Assembly (NCBI RefSeq): GCF_009914755.1
Contig: NC_060925.1
From: the human T2T-CHM13v2.0 reference genome, Homo sapiens
Reading direction: 5' to 3' (one strand)
DNA length: 64,000 nt
Below, one piece after another: positions 26,601-43,018 of the stretch (positions are counted from its first letter, which is position 1; each line of letters begins with the position of its first letter). The position numbers and the translations under genes were made by a program. The notes beneath the pieces were generated by a model. That model was not told where the DNA came from. It saw only the letters and a program-made list of their open reading frames with translations, and searched no databases.

Positions 26601-29600
26601 CAAATGGAATCATTGAACGGAATTGAATGGAATCGTCATCGAATGAATTGAATGCAATCATCGAATGGTCTCGAATGGAATCATCTTCAAATGGAATGGA
26701 ATGGAATCATCGCATAGAATCGAATGGAATTATCATCGAATGGAATCGAATGGAATCAACATCAAACGGAAAAAAACGGAATTATCGAATGGAATCGAAG
26801 AGAATCATCGAATGGACCCGAATGGAATCATCTAATGGAATGGAATGGAATAATCCATGGACTCGAATGCAATCATCATCGAATGGAATCGAATGGAATC
26901 ATCCAATGGACTCGAATGGAATAATCATTGAACGGAATCGAATGGAATCATCATCGGATGGAAATGAATGGAATCATCATCGAATGGAATCGAATAGAAT
27001 TATGGAATGAAATCCAGTGTGATCATCATCGAATGGACCCGAATGGAATCATCATCCAACGGATGCTAATGGAATCAACATCGAATGAATCAAATGGAAA
27101 CACCATCGAATTGAAACGAATGGAATTACCATGAAATTGAAATGGATGGACTCATCATCGAATGGATTTGAAAGGAATCATCGAATAAAATTGATTGAAA
27201 TCATCATCGAATGGAATCGAATGGTATCATTGAATGGAATCGAATGGAATCATCATCAGATGGAAATGAATGGAATCGTCATAGAATGGAATCGAATGGA
27301 TTCATTGAATGGAATCAGATGGAATCATCGAATGGACTGGAATGGAATCATTGAATGGACTCGAAAGAGATCATGATTGAATGGAATTGAATGGAATCAT
27401 CGAATGGTCTCGATTGGAATCATTATCAAATGGAATCGAATGGAATCACCGAATAGAATCGAATGGAACAATCATCGAATGGACTCAAATGGAATTATCC
27501 TCCAATGGAATCGAATGGAATTATCGAATGCAATCGAATGGAATTATCGAAAGCAAACGAATAGAATCATAGAATGGACTCGAATGGAATCATCGAATGG
27601 AATGGAATGGAACAGTCAATGAACTCGAATGGAATCATCATTGAATGGAATCGAATGGAATCATCGAGTGGAATCGAATGGAATTATGATCAAATGGAAT
27701 CGAATGTAATCATCATCAAATGGAATCAAAAATAACCATCATCAATTGGTATTGAATGGAATTGTCATCAAATGGAATTCAAAGGAAATATCATCAAATG
27801 GAACCGAATGGAATCCTCATTGAATGGAAATGAAAGGGGTCATCATCTAATGGAATCGCATGGAATCATCATCAAATGGAATCGAATGGAATCATCATGA
27901 AATGGAATCTAATGGAATCATTGAACAGAATTGAATGGAATCGTCATCGAATGAATTGAATGCAATCATCGAATGGTCTCGAATGGAACCATCTTCTAAT
28001 GGAAAGGAATGGAATCATCGCATAGAATCGAATGGAATTATCATCGAATGGAATCGAATGGTATCAACACCAAACGGAAAAAAACGGAATTATCGAATGG
28101 AATCGAAGAGAATCTTCGAACGGACCCGAATGGAATCATCTAATGGAATGGAATGGAATAATCCATGGACTCGAATGCAATCATCATCGAATGGAATCGA
28201 ATGGAATCATCGAATGGACTCGAATGGAATAATCATTGAACGGAATCGAATGGAATCATCATCGGATGGAAACGAATGGAATCATCATCGAATGGAAATG
28301 AAAGGAGTCATCATCTAATGGAATTGCATGGAATCATCATAAAATGGAATCGAATGGAATCAACATCAAATGGAATCAAATGGAATCATTGAACGGAATT
28401 GAATGGAATCGTCATCGAATGAATTGACTGCAATCATCGAATGGTCTCGAATGGAATCATCTTCAAATGGAATGGAATGGAATCATCGCATAGAATCGAA
28501 TGGAATTATCATCGAATGGAATCGAATGGAATCAACATCAAACGGAAAAAAACGGAATTATCGAATGGAATCGAAGAGAATCATCGAATGGACCCGAATG
28601 GAATCATCTAATGGAATGGAATGGAATAATCCATGGACTCGAATGCAATCATCATCGAATGGAATCGAATGGAATCATCGAATGGACTCGAATGGAATAA
28701 TCATTGAACGGAATCGAATGGAATCATCATCGGATGGAAATGAAAGGAGTCATCATCTAATGGAATTGCATGGAATCATCATAAAATGGAATCGAATGGA
28801 ATCAACATCAAATGGAATCAAATGGAATCATTGAACGGAATTGAATGGAATCGTCATCGAATGAATTGAATGCAATCATCGAATGGTCTCGAATGGAATC
28901 ATCTTCAAATGGAATGGAATGGAATCATCGCATAGAATCGAATGGAATTATCATCGAATGGAATCGAATGGAATCAACATCAAACGGAAAAAAACGGAAT
29001 TATCGAATGGAATCGAAGAGAATCATCGAATGGACCCGAATGGTATCATCTAATGGAATGGAATGGAATAATCCATGGACTCGAATGCAATCATCATCGA
29101 ATGGAATCAAATGGAATCATCGAATGGACTCGAATGGAATAATCATTGAACGGAATCGAATGGAATCATCATCGGATGGAAATGAATGGAATCATCATCG
29201 AATGGAATCGAATAGAATTATGGAATGAAATCCAGTGTGATCATCATCGAATGGACCCGAATGGAATCATCATCCAACGGATGCTAATGGAATCAACATC
29301 GAATGAATCAAATGGAAACACCATCGAATTGAAACGAATGGAATTACCATGAAATTGAAATGGATGGACTCATCATCGAATGGATTCGAAAGGAATCATC
29401 GAATAAAATTGATTGAAATCATCATCGAATGGAATCGAATGGTATCATTGAATGGAATCGAATGGAATCATCATCAGATGGAAATGAATGGAATCGTCAT
29501 AGAATGGAATCGAATGGATTCATTGAATGGAATCAGATGGAATCATCGAATGGACTGGAATGGAATCATTGAATGGACTCGAAAGAGATCATGATTGAAT

Positions 29601-32600
29601 GGAATTGAATGGAATCATCGAATGGTCTCGATTGGAATCATTATCAAATGGAATCGAATGGAATCACCGAATAGAATCGAATGGAACAATCATCGAATGG
29701 ACTCAAATGGAATTATCCTCCAATGGAATCGAATGGAATTATCGAATGCAATCGAATGGAATTATCGAATGCAATCGAATAGAATCATCGAATGGACTCG
29801 AATGGAATCATCGAATGGAATGGAATGGAACAGTCAATGAACTCGAATGGAATCATCATTGAATGGAATCGAATGGAATCATCGAGTGGAATCGAATGGA
29901 ATTATGATCAAATGGAATCGAATGTAATCATCATCAAATGGAATCAAAAATAACCATCATCAATTGGTATTGAATGGAATTGTCATCAAATGGAATTCAA
30001 AGGAAACATCATCAAATGGAACCGAATGGAATCCTCATTGAATGGAAATGAAAGGGGTCATCATCTAATGGAATCGCATGGAATCATCATAAAATGGAAT
30101 CGAATGGAATCATCATGAAATGGAATCTAATGGAATCATTGAACAGAATTGAATGGAATCGTCATCGAATGAATTCAATGCAATCATCGAATGGTCTCGA
30201 ATGGAACCATCTTCTAATGGAAAGGAATGGAATCATCGCATAGAATCGAATGGAATTATCATCGAATGGAATCGAATGGTATCAACACCAAACGGAAAAA
30301 AACGGAATTATCGAATGGAATCGAAGAGAATCTTCGAACGGACCCGAATGGAATCATCTAATGGAATGGAATGGAATAATCCATGGACTCGAATGCAATC
30401 ATCATCGAATGGAATCGAATGGAATCATCGAATGGACTCGAATGGAATAATCATTGAACGGAATCGAATGGAATCATCATCGGATGGAAACGAATGGAAT
30501 CATCATCGAATGGAAATGAAAGGAGTCATCATCTAATAGAATTGCATGGAATCATCATAAAATGGAATCGAATGGAATCAACATCAAATGGAATCAAATG
30601 GAATCATTGAACGGAATTGAATGGAATCGTCATCGAATGAATTGACTGCAATCATCGAATGGTCTCGAATGGAATCATCTTCAAATGGAATGGAATGGAA
30701 TCATCGCATAGAATCGAATGGAATTATCATCGAATGGAATCGAATGGAATCAACATCAAACGGAAAAAAACGGAATTATCGAATGGAATCGAAGAGAATC
30801 ATCGAATGGACCCGAATGGAATCATCTAATGGAATGGAATGGAATAATCCATGGACTCGAATGCAATCATCATCGAATGGAATCGAATGGAATCATCGAA
30901 TGGACTCGAATGGAATAATCATTGAACAGAATCGAATGGAATCATCATCGGATGGAAATGAAAGGAGTCATCATCTAATGGAATTGCATGGAATCATCAT
31001 AAAATGGAATCGAATGGAATCAACATCAAATGGAATCAAATGGAATCATTGAACGGAATTGAATGGAATCGTCATCGAATGAATTGAATGCAATCATCGA
31101 ATGGTCTCGAATGGAATCACCTTCAAATGGAATGGAATGGAATCATCGCATAGAATCGAATGGAATTATCATCGAATGGAATCGAATGGAATCAACATCA
31201 AACGGAAAAAAACGGAATTATCGAATGGAATCGAAGAGAATCATCGAATGGACCCGAATGGAATCATCTAATGGAATGGAATGGAATAATCCATGGACTC
31301 GAATGCAATCATCATCGAATGGAATCGAATGGAATCATCCAATGGACTCGAATGGAATAATCATTGAACGGAATCGAATGGAATCATCATCGGATGGAAA
31401 TGAATGGAATCATCATCGAATGGAATCGAATAGAATTATGGAATGAAATCCAGTGTGATCATCATCGAATGGACCCGAATGGAATCATCATCCAACGGAT
31501 GCTAATGGAATCAACATCGAATGAATCAAATGGAAACACCATCGAATTGAAACGAATGGAATTACCATGAAATTGAAATGGATGGACTCATCATCGAATG
31601 GATTTGAAAGGAATCATCGAATAAAATTGATTGAAATCATCATCGAATGGAATCGAATGGTATCATTGAATGGAATCGAATGGAATCATCATCAGATGGA
31701 AATGAATGGAATCGTCATAGAATGGAATCGAATGGATTCATTGAATGGAATCAGATGGAATCATCGAATGGACTGGAATGGAATCATTGAATGGACTCGA
31801 AAGAGATCATGATTGAATGGAATTGAATGGAATCATCGAATGGTCTCGATTGGAATCATTATCAAATGGAATCGAATGGAATCACCGAATAGAATCGAAT
31901 GGAACAATCATCGAATGGACTCAAATGGAATTATCCTCCAATGGAATCGAATGGAATTATCGAATGCAATCGAATGGAATTATCGAATGCAAACGAATAG
32001 AATCATCGAATGGACTCGAATGGAATCATCGAATGGAATGGAATGGAACAGTCAATGAACTCGAATGGAATCATCATTGAATGGAATCGAATGGAATCAT
32101 CGAGTGGAATCGAATGGAATTATGATCAAATGGAATCGAATGTAATCATCATCAAATGGAATCAAAAATAACCATCATCAATTGGTATTGAATGGAATTG
32201 TCATCAAATGGAATTCAAAGGAAACATCATCAAATGGAACCGAATGGAATCCTCATTGAATGGAAATGAAAGGGGTCATCATCTAATGGAATCGCATGGA
32301 ATCATCATCAAATGGAATCGAATGGAATCATCATGAAATGGAATCTAATGGAATCATTGAACAGAATTGAATGGAATCGTCATCGAATGAATTGAATGCA
32401 ATCATCGAATGGTCTCGAATGGAACCATCTTCTAATGGAAAGGAATGGAATCATCGCATAGAATCGAATGGAATTATCATCGAATGGAATCGAATGGTAT
32501 CAACACCAAACGGAAAAAAACGGAATTATCGAATGGAATCGAAGAGAATCTTCGAACGGACCCGAATGGAATCATCTAATGGAATGGAATGGAATAATCC

Positions 32601-35600
32601 ATGGACTCGAATGCAATCATCATCGAATGGAATCGAATGGAATCATCGAATGGACCCGAATGGAATAATCATTGAACGGAATCGAATGGAATCATCATCG
32701 GATGGAAACGAATGGAATCATCATCGAATGGAAATGAAAGGAGTCATCATCTAATGGAATTGCATGGAATCATCATAAAATGGAATCGAATGGAATCAAC
32801 ATCAAATGGAATCAAATGGAATCATTGAACGGAATTGAATGGAATCGTCATTGAATAAATTGAATGCAATCATCGAATGGTCTCGAATGGAATCATCTTC
32901 AAATGGAATGGAATGGAATCATCGCATAGAATCGAATGGAATTATCATCGAATGGAATCGAATGGAATCAACATCAAACGGAAAAAAACGGAATTATCGA
33001 ATGGAATCGAAGAGAATCATCGAATGGAACCGAATGGAATCATCTAATGGAATGGAATGGAATAATCCATGGACTCGAATGCAATCATCATCGAATGGAA
33101 TCGAATGGAATCATCGAATGGACTCGAATGGAATAATCATTGAACAGAATCGAATGGAATCATCATCGGATGGAAATGAAAGGAGTCATCATCTAATGGA
33201 ATTGCATGGAATCATCATAAAATGGAATCGAATGGAATCAACATCAAATGGAATCAAATGGAATCATTGAACGGAATTGAATGGAATCGTCATCGAATGA
33301 ATTGAATGCAATCATCTAATGGTCTCGAATGGAATCATCTTCAAATGGAATGGAATGGAATCATCGCATAGAATCGAATGGAATTATCATCGAATGGAAT
33401 CGAATGGAATCAACATCAAACGGAAAAAAACGGAATTATCGAATGGAATCGAAGAGAATCATCGAATGGACCCGAATGGAATCATCTAATGGAATGGAAT
33501 GGAATAATCCATGGACTCGAATGCAATCATCATCGAATGGAATCGAATGGAATCATCCAATGGACTCGAATGGAATAATCATTGAACGGAATCGAATGGA
33601 ATCATCATCGGATGGAAATGAATGGAATCATCATCGAATGGAATCGAATAGAATTATGGAATGAAATCCAGTGTGATCATCATCGAATGGACCCGAATGG
33701 AATCATCATCCAACGGATGCTAATGGAATCAACATCGAATGAATCAAATGGAAACACCATCGAATTGAAACGAATGGAATTACCATGAAATTGAAATGGA
33801 TGGACTCATCATCGAATGGATTTGAAAGGAATCATCGAATAAAATTGATTGAAATCATCATCGAATGGAATCGAATGGTATCATTGAATGGAATCGAATG
33901 GAATCATCATCAGATGGAAATGAATGGAATCGTCATAGAATGGAATCGAATGGATTCATTGAATGGAATCAGATGGAATCATCGAATGGACTGGAATGGA
34001 ATCATTGAATGGACTCGAAAGAGATCATGATTGAATGGAATTGAATGGAATCATCGAATGGTCTCGATTGGAATCATTATCAAATGGAATCGAATGGAAT
34101 CACCGAATAGAATCGAATGGAACAATCATCGAATGGACTCAAATGGAATTATCCTCCAATGGAATCGAATGGAATTATCGAATGCAATCGAATGGAATTA
34201 TCGAATGCAAACGAATAGAATCATCGAATGGACTCGAATGGAATCATCGAATGGAATGGAATGGAACAGTCAATGAACTCGAATGGAATCATCATTGAAT
34301 GGAATCGAATGGAATCATCGAGTGGAATCGAATGGAATTATGATCAAATGGAATCGAATGTAATCATCATCAAATGGAATCAAAAATAACCATCATCAAT
34401 TGGTATTGAATGGAATTGTCATCAAATGGAATTCAAAGGAAACATCATCAAATGGAACCGAATGGAATCCTCATTGAATGGAAATGAAAGGGGTCATCAT
34501 CTAATGGAATCGCATGGAATCATCATCAAATGGAATCGAATGGAATCATCATGAAATGGAATCTAATGGAATCATTGAACAGAATTGAATGGAATCGTCA
34601 TCGAATGAATTGAATGCAATCATCGAATGGTCTCGAATGGAACCATCTTCTAATGGAAAGGAATGGAATCATCGCATAGAATCGAATGGAATTATCATCG
34701 AATGGAATCGAATGGTATCAACACCAAACGGAAAAAAACGGAATTATCGAATGGAATCGAAGAGAATCTTCGAACGGACCCGAATGGAATCATCTAATGG
34801 AATGGAATGGAATAATCCATGGACTCGAATGCAATCATCATCGAATGGAATCGAATGGAATCATCGAATGGACCCGAATGGAATAATCATTGAACGGAAT
34901 CGAATGGAATCATCATCGGATGGAAACGAATGGAATCATCATCGAATGGAAATGAAAGGAGTCATCATCTAATGGAATTGCATGGAATCATCATAAAATG
35001 GAATCGAATGGAATCAACATCAAATGGAATCAAATGGAATCATTGAACGGAATTGAATGGAATCGTCATTGAATAAATTGAATGCAATCATCGAATGGTC
35101 TCGAATGGAATCATCTTCAAATGGAATGGAATGGAATCATCGCATAGAATCGAATGGAATTATCATCGAATGGAATCGAATGGAATCAACATCAAACGGA
35201 AAAAAACGGAATTATCGAATGGAATCGAAGAGAATCATCGAATGGAACCGAATGGAATCATCTAATGGAATGGAATGGAATAATCCATGGACTCGAATGC
35301 AATCATCATCGAATGGAATCGAATGGAATCATCGAATGGACTCGAATGGAATAATCATTGAACAGAATCGAATGGAATCATCATCGGATGGAAATGAAAG
35401 GAGTCATCATCTAATGGAATTGCATGGAATCATCATAAAATGGAATCGAATGGAATCAACATCAAATGGAATCAAATGGAATCATTGAACGGAATTGAAT
35501 GGAATCGTCATCGAATGAATTGAATGCAATCATCTAATGGTCTCGAATGGAATCATCTTCAAATGGAATGGAATGGAATCATCGCATAGAATCGAATGGA

Positions 35601-38600
35601 ATTATCATCGAATGGAATCGAATGGAATCAACATCAAACGGAAAAAAACGGAATTATCGAATGGAATCGAAGAGAATCATCGAATGGACCCGAATGGAAT
35701 CATCTAATGGAATGGAATGGAATAATCCATGGACTCGAATGCAATCATCATCGAATGGAATCGAATGGAATCATCCAATGGACTCGAATGGAATAATCAT
35801 TGAACGGAATCGAATGGAATCATCATCGGATGGAAATGAATGGAATCATCATCGAATGGAATCGAATAGAATTATGGAATGAAATCCAGTGTGATCATCA
35901 TCGAATGGACCCGAATGGAATCATCATCCAACGGATGCTAATGGAATCAACATCGAATGAATCAAATGGAAACACCATCGAATTGAAACGAATGGAATTA
36001 CCATGAAATTGAAATGGATGGACTCATCATCGAATGGATTTGAAAGGAATCATCGAATAAAATTGATTGAAATCATCATCGAATGGAATCGAATGGTATC
36101 ATTGAATGGAATCGAATGGAATCATCATCAGATGGAAATGAATGGAATCGTCATAGAATGGAATCGAATGGATTCATTGAATGGAATCAGATGGAATCAT
36201 CGAATGGACTGGAATGGAATCATTGAATGGACTCGAAAGAGATCATGATTGAATGGAATTGAATGGAATCATCGAATGGTCTCGATTGGAATCATTATCA
36301 AATGGAATCGAATGGAATCACCGAATAGAATCGAATGGAACAATCATCGAATGGACTCAAATGGAATTATCCTCCAATGGAATCGAATGGAATTATCGAA
36401 TGCAATCGAATGGAATTATCGAATGCAAACGAATAGAATCATCGAATGGACTCGAATGGAATCATCGAATGGAATGGAATGGAACAGTCAATGAACTCGA
36501 ATGGAATCATCATTGAATGGAATCGAATGGAATCATCGAGTGGAATCGAATGGAATTATGATCAAATGGAATCGAATGTAATCATCATCAAATGGAATCA
36601 AAAATAACCATCATCAATTGGTATTGAATGGAATTGTCATCAAATGGAATTCAAAGGAAATATCATCAAATGGAACCGAATGGAATCCTCATTGAATGGA
36701 AATGAAAGGGGTCATCATCTAATGGAATCGCATGGAATCATCATCAAATGGAATCGAATGGAATCATCATGAAATGGAATCTAATGGAATCATTGAACAG
36801 AATTGAATGGAATCGTCATCGAATGAATTGAATGCAATCATCGAATGGTCTCGAATGGAACCATCTTCTAATGGAAAGGAATGGAATCATCGCATAGAAT
36901 CGAATGGAATTATCATCGAATGGAATCGAATGGTATCAACACCAAACGGAAAAAAACGGAATTATCGAATGGAATCGAAGAGAATCTTCGAACGGACCCG
37001 AATGGAATCATCTAATGGAATGGAATGGAATAATCCATGGACTCGAATGCAATCATCATCGAATGGAATCGAATGGAATCATCGAATGGACTCGAATGGA
37101 ATAATCATTGAACGGAATCGAATGGAATCATCATCGGATGGAAACGAATGGAATCATCATCGAATGGAAATGAAAGGAGTCATCATCTAATGGAATTGCA
37201 TGGAATCATCATAAAATGGAATCGAATGGAATCAACATCAAATGGAATCAAATGGAATCATTGAACGGAATTGAATGGAATCGTCATCGAATGAATTGAC
37301 TGCAATCATCGAATGGTCTCGAATGGAATCATCTTCAAATGGAATGGAATGGAATCATCGCATAGAATCGAATGGAATTATCATCGAATGGAATCGAATG
37401 GAATCAACATCAAACGGAAAAAAACGGAATTATCGAATGGAATCGAAGAGAATCATCGAATGGACCCGAATGGAATCATCTAATGGAATGGAATGGAATA
37501 ATCCATGGACTCGAATGCAATCATCATCGAATGGAATCGAATGGAATCATCGAATGGACTCGAATGGAATAATCATTGAACGGAATCGAATGGAATCATC
37601 ATCGGATGGAAATGAAAGGAGTCATCATCTAATGGAATTGCATGGAATCATCATAAAATGGAATCGAATGGAATCAACATCAAATGGAATCAAATGGAAT
37701 CATTGAACGGAATTGAATGGAATCGTCATCGAATGAATTGAATGCAATCATCGAATGGTCTCGAATGGAATCATCTTCAAATGGAATGGAATGGAATCAT
37801 CGCATAGAATCGAATGGAATTATCATCGAATGGAATCGAATGGAATCAACATCAAACGGAAAAAAACGGAATTATCGAATGGAATCGAAGAGAATCATCG
37901 AATGGACCCGAATGGAATCATCTAATGGAATGGAATGGAATAATCCATGGACTCGAATGCAATCATCATCGAATGGAATCAAATGGAATCATCGAATGGA
38001 CTCGAATGGAATAATCATTGAACGGAATCGAATGGAATCATCATCGGATGGAAATGAATGGAATCATCATCGAATGGAATCGAATAGAATTATGGAATGA
38101 AATCCAGTGTGATCATCATCGAATGGACCCGAATGGAATCATCAAACAACGGATGCTAATGGAATCAACATCGAATGAATCAAATGGAAACACCATCGAA
38201 TTGAAACGAATGGAATTACCATGAAATTGAAATGGATGGACTCATCATCGAATGGATTCGAAAGGAATCATCGAATAAAATTGATTGAAATCATCATCGA
38301 ATGGAATCGAATGGTATCATTGAATGGAATCGAATGGAATCATCATCAGATGGAAATGAATGGAATCGTCATAGAATGGAATCGAATGGATTCATTGAAT
38401 GGAATCAGATGGAATCATCGAATGGACTGGAATGGAATCATTGAATGGACTCGAAAGAGATCATGATTGAATGGAATTGAATGGAATCATCGAATGGTCT
38501 CGATTGGAATCATTATCAAATGGAATCGAATGGAATCACCGAATAGAATCGAATGGAACAATCATCGAATGGACTCAAATGGAATTATCCTCCAATGGAA

Positions 38601-41242
38601 TCGAATGGAATTATCGAATGCAATCGAATGGAATTATCGAATGCAATCGAATAGAATCATCGAATGGACTCGAATGGAATCATCGAATGGAATGGAATGG
38701 AACAGTCAATGAACTCGAATGGAATCATCATTGAATGGAATCGAATGGAATCATCGAGTGGAATCGAATGGAATTATGATCAAATGGAATCGAATGTAAT
38801 CATCATCAAATGGAATCAAAAATAACCATCATCAATTGGTATTGAATGGAATTGTCATCAAATGGAATTCAAAGGAAACATCATCAAATGGAACCGAATG
38901 GAATCCTCATTGAATGGAAATGAAAGGGGTCATCATCTAATGGAATCGCATGGAATCATCATCAAATGGAATCGAATGGAATCATCATGAAATGGAATCT
39001 AATGGAATCATTGAACAGAATTGAATGGAATCGTCATCGAATGAATTGAATGCAATCATCGAATGGTCTCGAATGGAACCATCTTCTAATGGAAAGGAAT
39101 GGAATCATCGCATAGAATCGAATGGAATTATCATCGAATGGAATCGAATGGTATCAACACCAAACGGAAAAAAACGGAATTATCGAATGGAATCGAAGAG
39201 AATCTTCGAACGGACCCGAATGGAATCATCTAATGGAATGGAATGGAATAATCCATGGACTCGAATGCAATCATCATCGAATGGAATCGAATGGAATCAT
39301 CGAATGGACTCGAATGGAATAATCATTGAACGGAATCGAATGGAATCATCATCGGATGGAAACGAATGGAATCATCATCGAATGGAAATGAAAGGAGTCA
39401 TCATCTAATAGAATTGCATGGAATCATCATAAAATGGAATCGAATGGAATCAACATCAAATGGAATCAAATGGAATCATTGAACGGAATTGAATGGAATC
39501 GTCATCGAATGAATTGACTGCAATCATCGAATGGTCTCGAATGGAATCATCTTCAAATGGAATGGAATGGAATCATCGCATAGAATCGAATGGAATTATC
39601 ATCGAATGGAATCGAATGGAATCAACATCAAACGGAAAAAAACGGAATTATCGAATGGAATCGAAGAGAATCATCGAATGGACCCGAATGGAATCATCTA
39701 ATGGAATGGAATGGAATAATCCATGGACTCGAATGCAATCATCATCGAATGGAATCGAATGGAATCATCGAATGGACTCGAATGGAATAATCATTGAACG
39801 GAATCGAATGGAATCATCATCGGATGGAAATGAAAGGAGTCATCATCTAATGGAATTGCATGGAATCATCATAAAATGGAATCGAATGGAATCAACATCA
39901 AATGGAATCAAATGGAATCATTGAACGGAATTGAATGGAATCGTCATCGAATGAACTGAATGCAATCATCGAATGGTCTCGAATGGAATCATCTTCAAAT
40001 GGAATGGAATGGAATCATCGCATAGAATCGAATGGAATTATCATCGAATGGAATCGAATGGAATCAACATCAAACGGAAAAAAACGGAATTATCGAATGG
40101 AATCGAAGAGAATCATCGAATGGACCCGAATGGAATCATCTAATGGAATGGAATGGAATAATCCATGGACTCGAATGCAATCATCATCGAATGGAATCAA
40201 ATGGAATCATCGAATGGACTCGAATGGAATAATCATTGAACGGAATCGAATGGAATCATCATCGGATGGAAATGAATGGAATCATCATCGAATGGAATCG
40301 AATAGAATTATGGAATGAAATCCAGTGTGATCATCATCGAATGGACCCGAATGGAATCATCATCCAACGGATGCTAATGGAATCAACATCGAATGAATCA
40401 AATGGAAACACTATCGAATTGAAACGAATGGAATTACCATGAAATTGAAATGGATGGACTCATCATCGAATGTATTCGAAAGGAATCATCGAATAAAATT
40501 GATTGAAATCATCATCGAATGGAATCGAATGGTATCATTGAATGGAATCGAATGGAATCATCATCAGATGGAAATGAATGGAATCGTCATAGAATGGAAT
40601 CGAATGGATTCATTGAATGGAATCAGATGGAATCATCGAATGGACTGGAATGGAATCATTGAATGGACTCGAAAGAGATCATGATTGAATGGAATTGAAT
40701 GGAATCATCGAATGGTCTCGATTTGAATCATTATCAAATGGAATCGAATGGAATCACCGAATAGAATCGAATGGAACAATCATCGAATGGACTCAAATGG
40801 AATTATCCTCCAATGGAATCGAATGGAATTATCGAATGCAATCGAATGGAATTATCGAATGCAATCGAATAGAATCATCGAATGGACTCGAATGGAATCA
40901 TCGAATGGAATGGAATGGAACAGTCAATGAACTCGAATGGAATCATCATTGAATGGAATCGAATGGAATCATCGAGTGGAATCGAATGGAATTATGATCA
41001 AATGGAATCGAATGTAATCATCATCAAATGGAATCAAAAATAACCATCATCAATTGGTATTGAATGGAATTGTCATCAAATGGAATTCAAAGGAAACATC
41101 ATCAAATGGAACCGAATGGAATCCTCATTGAATGGAAATGAAAGGGGTCATCATCTAATGGAATCGCATGGAATCATCATCAAATGGAATCGAATGGAAT
41201 CATCATCAAATGAAATCTAATGGAATCATTGAACAGAATTGA
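14627..41242. repeat. Twelve consecutive 2218-bp higher-order units
   Basis: Unit starts at 14627, 16845, 19063 ... 39025, 41243 with an exact 2218-bp step (12 x 2218 = 26616). Each unit has modules spaced 468, 442 and 1308 bp. Confidence 0.96.
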
Positions 41243-43018
41243 ATGGAATCGTCATCGAATGAATTGAATGCAATCATCGAATGGTCTCGAATGGAACCAT
41301 CTTCTAATGGAAAGGAATGGAATCATCGCATAGAATCGAATGGAATTGTCATCGAATGGAATCGAATGGTATCAACACCAAACGGAAAAAAACGGAATTA
41401 TCGAATGGAATCGAAGAGAATCTTCGAACGGACCCGAATGGAATCATCTAATGGAATGGAATGGAATAATCCATGGACTCGAATGCAATCATCATCGAAT
41501 GGAATCGAATGGAATCATCGAATGGACTCGAATGAAATAATCATTGAACGGAATCGAATGGAATCATCATCGGATGGAAACGAATGGAATCATCATCGAA
41601 TGGAAATGAAAGGAGTCATCATCTAATGGAATTGCATGGAATCATCATAAAATGGAATCGAATGGAATCAACATCAAATGGAATCAAATGGAATCATTGA
41701 ACGGAATTGAATGGAATCGTCATCGAATGAATTGAATGCAATCATCGAATGGTCTCGAATGGAATCATCTTCAAATGGAATGGAATGGAATCATCGCATA
41801 GAATCGAATGGAATTATCATCGAATGGAATCGAATGGAATCAACATCAAACGGAAAAAAACGGAATTATCGAATGGAATCGAAGAGAATCATCGAATGGA
41901 CCCGAATGGAATCATCTAATGGAATGGAATGGAATAATCCATGGACTCGAATGCAATCATCATCGAATGGAATCGAATGGAATCATCCAATGGACTCGAA
42001 TGGAATAATCATTGAACGGAATCGAATGGAATCATCATCGTATGGAAATGAATGGAATCATCATCGAATGGAATCGAATAGAATTATGGAATGAAATCCA
42101 GTGTGATCATCATCGAATGGACCCGAATGGAATCATCATCCAACGGATGCTAATGGAATCAACATCGAATGAATCAAATGGAAACACCATCGAATTGAAA
42201 CGAATGGAATTACCATGAAATTGAAATGGATGGACTCATCATCGAATGGATTTGAAAGGAATCATCGAATAAAATTGATTGAAATCATCATCGAATGGAA
42301 TCGAATGGTATCATTGAATGGAATCGAATGGAATCATCATCAGATGGAAATGAATGGAATCGTCATAGAATGGAATCGAATGGATTCATTGAATGGAATC
42401 AGATGGAATCATCGAATGGACTGGAATGGAATCATTGAATGGACTCGAAAGAGATCATGATTGAATGGAATTGAATGGAATCATCGAATGGTCTCGATTG
42501 GAATCATTATCAAATGGAATCGAATGGAATCACCGAATAGAATCGAATGGAACAATCATCGAATGGACTCAAATGGAATTATCCTCCAATGGAATCGAAT
42601 GGAATTATCGAATGCAATCGAATGGAATTATCGAATGCAATCGAATAGAATCATCGAATGGACTCGAATGGAATCATCGAATGGAATGGAATGGAACAGT
42701 CAATGAACTCGAATGGAATCATCATTGAATGGAATCGAATGGAATCATCGAGTGGAATCGAATGGAATTATGATCAAATGGAATCGAATGTAATCATCAT
42801 CAAATGGAATCAAAAATAACCATCATCAATTGGTATTGAATGGAATTGTCATCAAATGGAATTCAAAGGAAACATCATCAAATGGAACCGAATGGAATCC
42901 TCATTGAATGGAAATGAAAGGGGTCATCATCTAATGGAATCGCATGGAATCATCATCAAATGGAATCGAATGGAATCATCATCAAATGGAATCTAATGGA
43001 ATCATTGAACAGAATTGA
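41243..43018. repeat. Single 1776-bp unit carrying right-domain variants
   Basis: Module starts at 41243, 41711 and 43019. It carries GGAACCATCTTCT, GGATGCTAAT and AAAGAGATC, which are typical of the 2218-bp domain. Confidence 0.9.
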
